Shown: in pieces, positions 63,303 through 64,000 of the stretch
Numbering within the stretch: position 1 is the first letter of the stretch
Layout of the letters: the number at the start of each line of letters is the position of its first letter
Source: the human T2T-CHM13v2.0 reference genome, Homo sapiens
DNA length: 64,000 bases
Direction: 5' to 3' (one strand)
Assembly (NCBI RefSeq): GCF_009914755.1
Contig: NC_060934.1
Notes under the pieces: model-generated
Seen by the model: only the letters and a program-made list of their open reading frames with translations
Told to the model about the DNA's origin: nothing
The model's database searches: none
Made by a program: the position numbers and the translations under genes

Positions 63303-64000
63303 TCCATGCCCTCTGCTCTCAGCTCTACAATAGCTCGTAATAAGTCCAATTGGGGAAGTGCTCAGAATGCATTTCTTCATTCATATTCCCCATGAACTCT
63401 CCTGCCAGTGAACAGCCATTCACTCCAGTGTGTGGAAAGCAGGAATCTCATCTTTTTCCTTTAAATCTGTTCAGCCATGTAGAGAATTATCCCATGTAAT
63501 AGACTTTATCTCCATACTGCAATTATTAATATTGGGCAGAGGTCATGTGCTTCTTGGCAAGGCTCATGTTCCCAAGTATAAATCATGATAAAATAGGTTA
63601 GCTCTGGAAGGCGGAGTGATGTTTTCGATTTGGCCAGTGTAGAAATAGAGTTGGATTTAAACAAGGGCTTTAAAAAAAATTGAAGTCCAGCAGTACAGAC
63701 ATGATTGAAATAACCTGGATACGTTATGAACTTCGCAGCCAGTGGAAATCAGCCCGGGGACAAACTGAAGCCACCGTGCCAGAGCAGGTCCTCGCTTGCA
63801 GCCTGGAATCACAGCGAGTCTGTGCTGCGCACCTTTTTATGGCCAATTATGCGGATGCTTCATTCTGCTCAGTAGAGGGGAGCTTGCACTCCCCTCATCA
63901 AATCTATGAGCAGGAGCCAACACACCCTGTGCAGGTCTCTGAGAAAGAGGCACACACATCATCTTTGCAATAAAGCTTTCCAGTTTCTCTGATTAATATT

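Overview
Primate, very probably human, non-coding genomic DNA. It is CpG-depleted and carries Alu, L1, MaLR/ERVL LTR, MIR/L2 and MER DNA-transposon relics. I find no credible protein-coding gene, RNA gene or CRISPR array; the ORF track consists of chance ORFs, microsatellite ORFs and repeat-derived ORFs. Only 4 Alus occur in 64 kb, and several long stretches lack any repeat I recognise and are rich in TAAT motifs, which suggests a gene-desert or large-intron regulatory region (inference; I cannot name the locus). Notable points: (1) a ~410-bp inverted duplicate of nearby sequence appears to be inserted into an LTR16-like element, creating a ~1.1-kb foldback (10719-11800); (2) an ancient CR1/L3-type LINE fragment still reads in frame over ~60 codons (22016-22210); (3) a two-LTR THE1 element has an internal deletion; (4) a 5'-truncated AluY with a perfect 15-bp TSD sits inside MLT1B; (5) there are several local tandem duplications and a 60-nt hairpin. 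Repeat family names come from my recall of consensus sequences, not from a database search, and boundaries of old repeats are approximate. I did not find a convincing new multi-component biological system.
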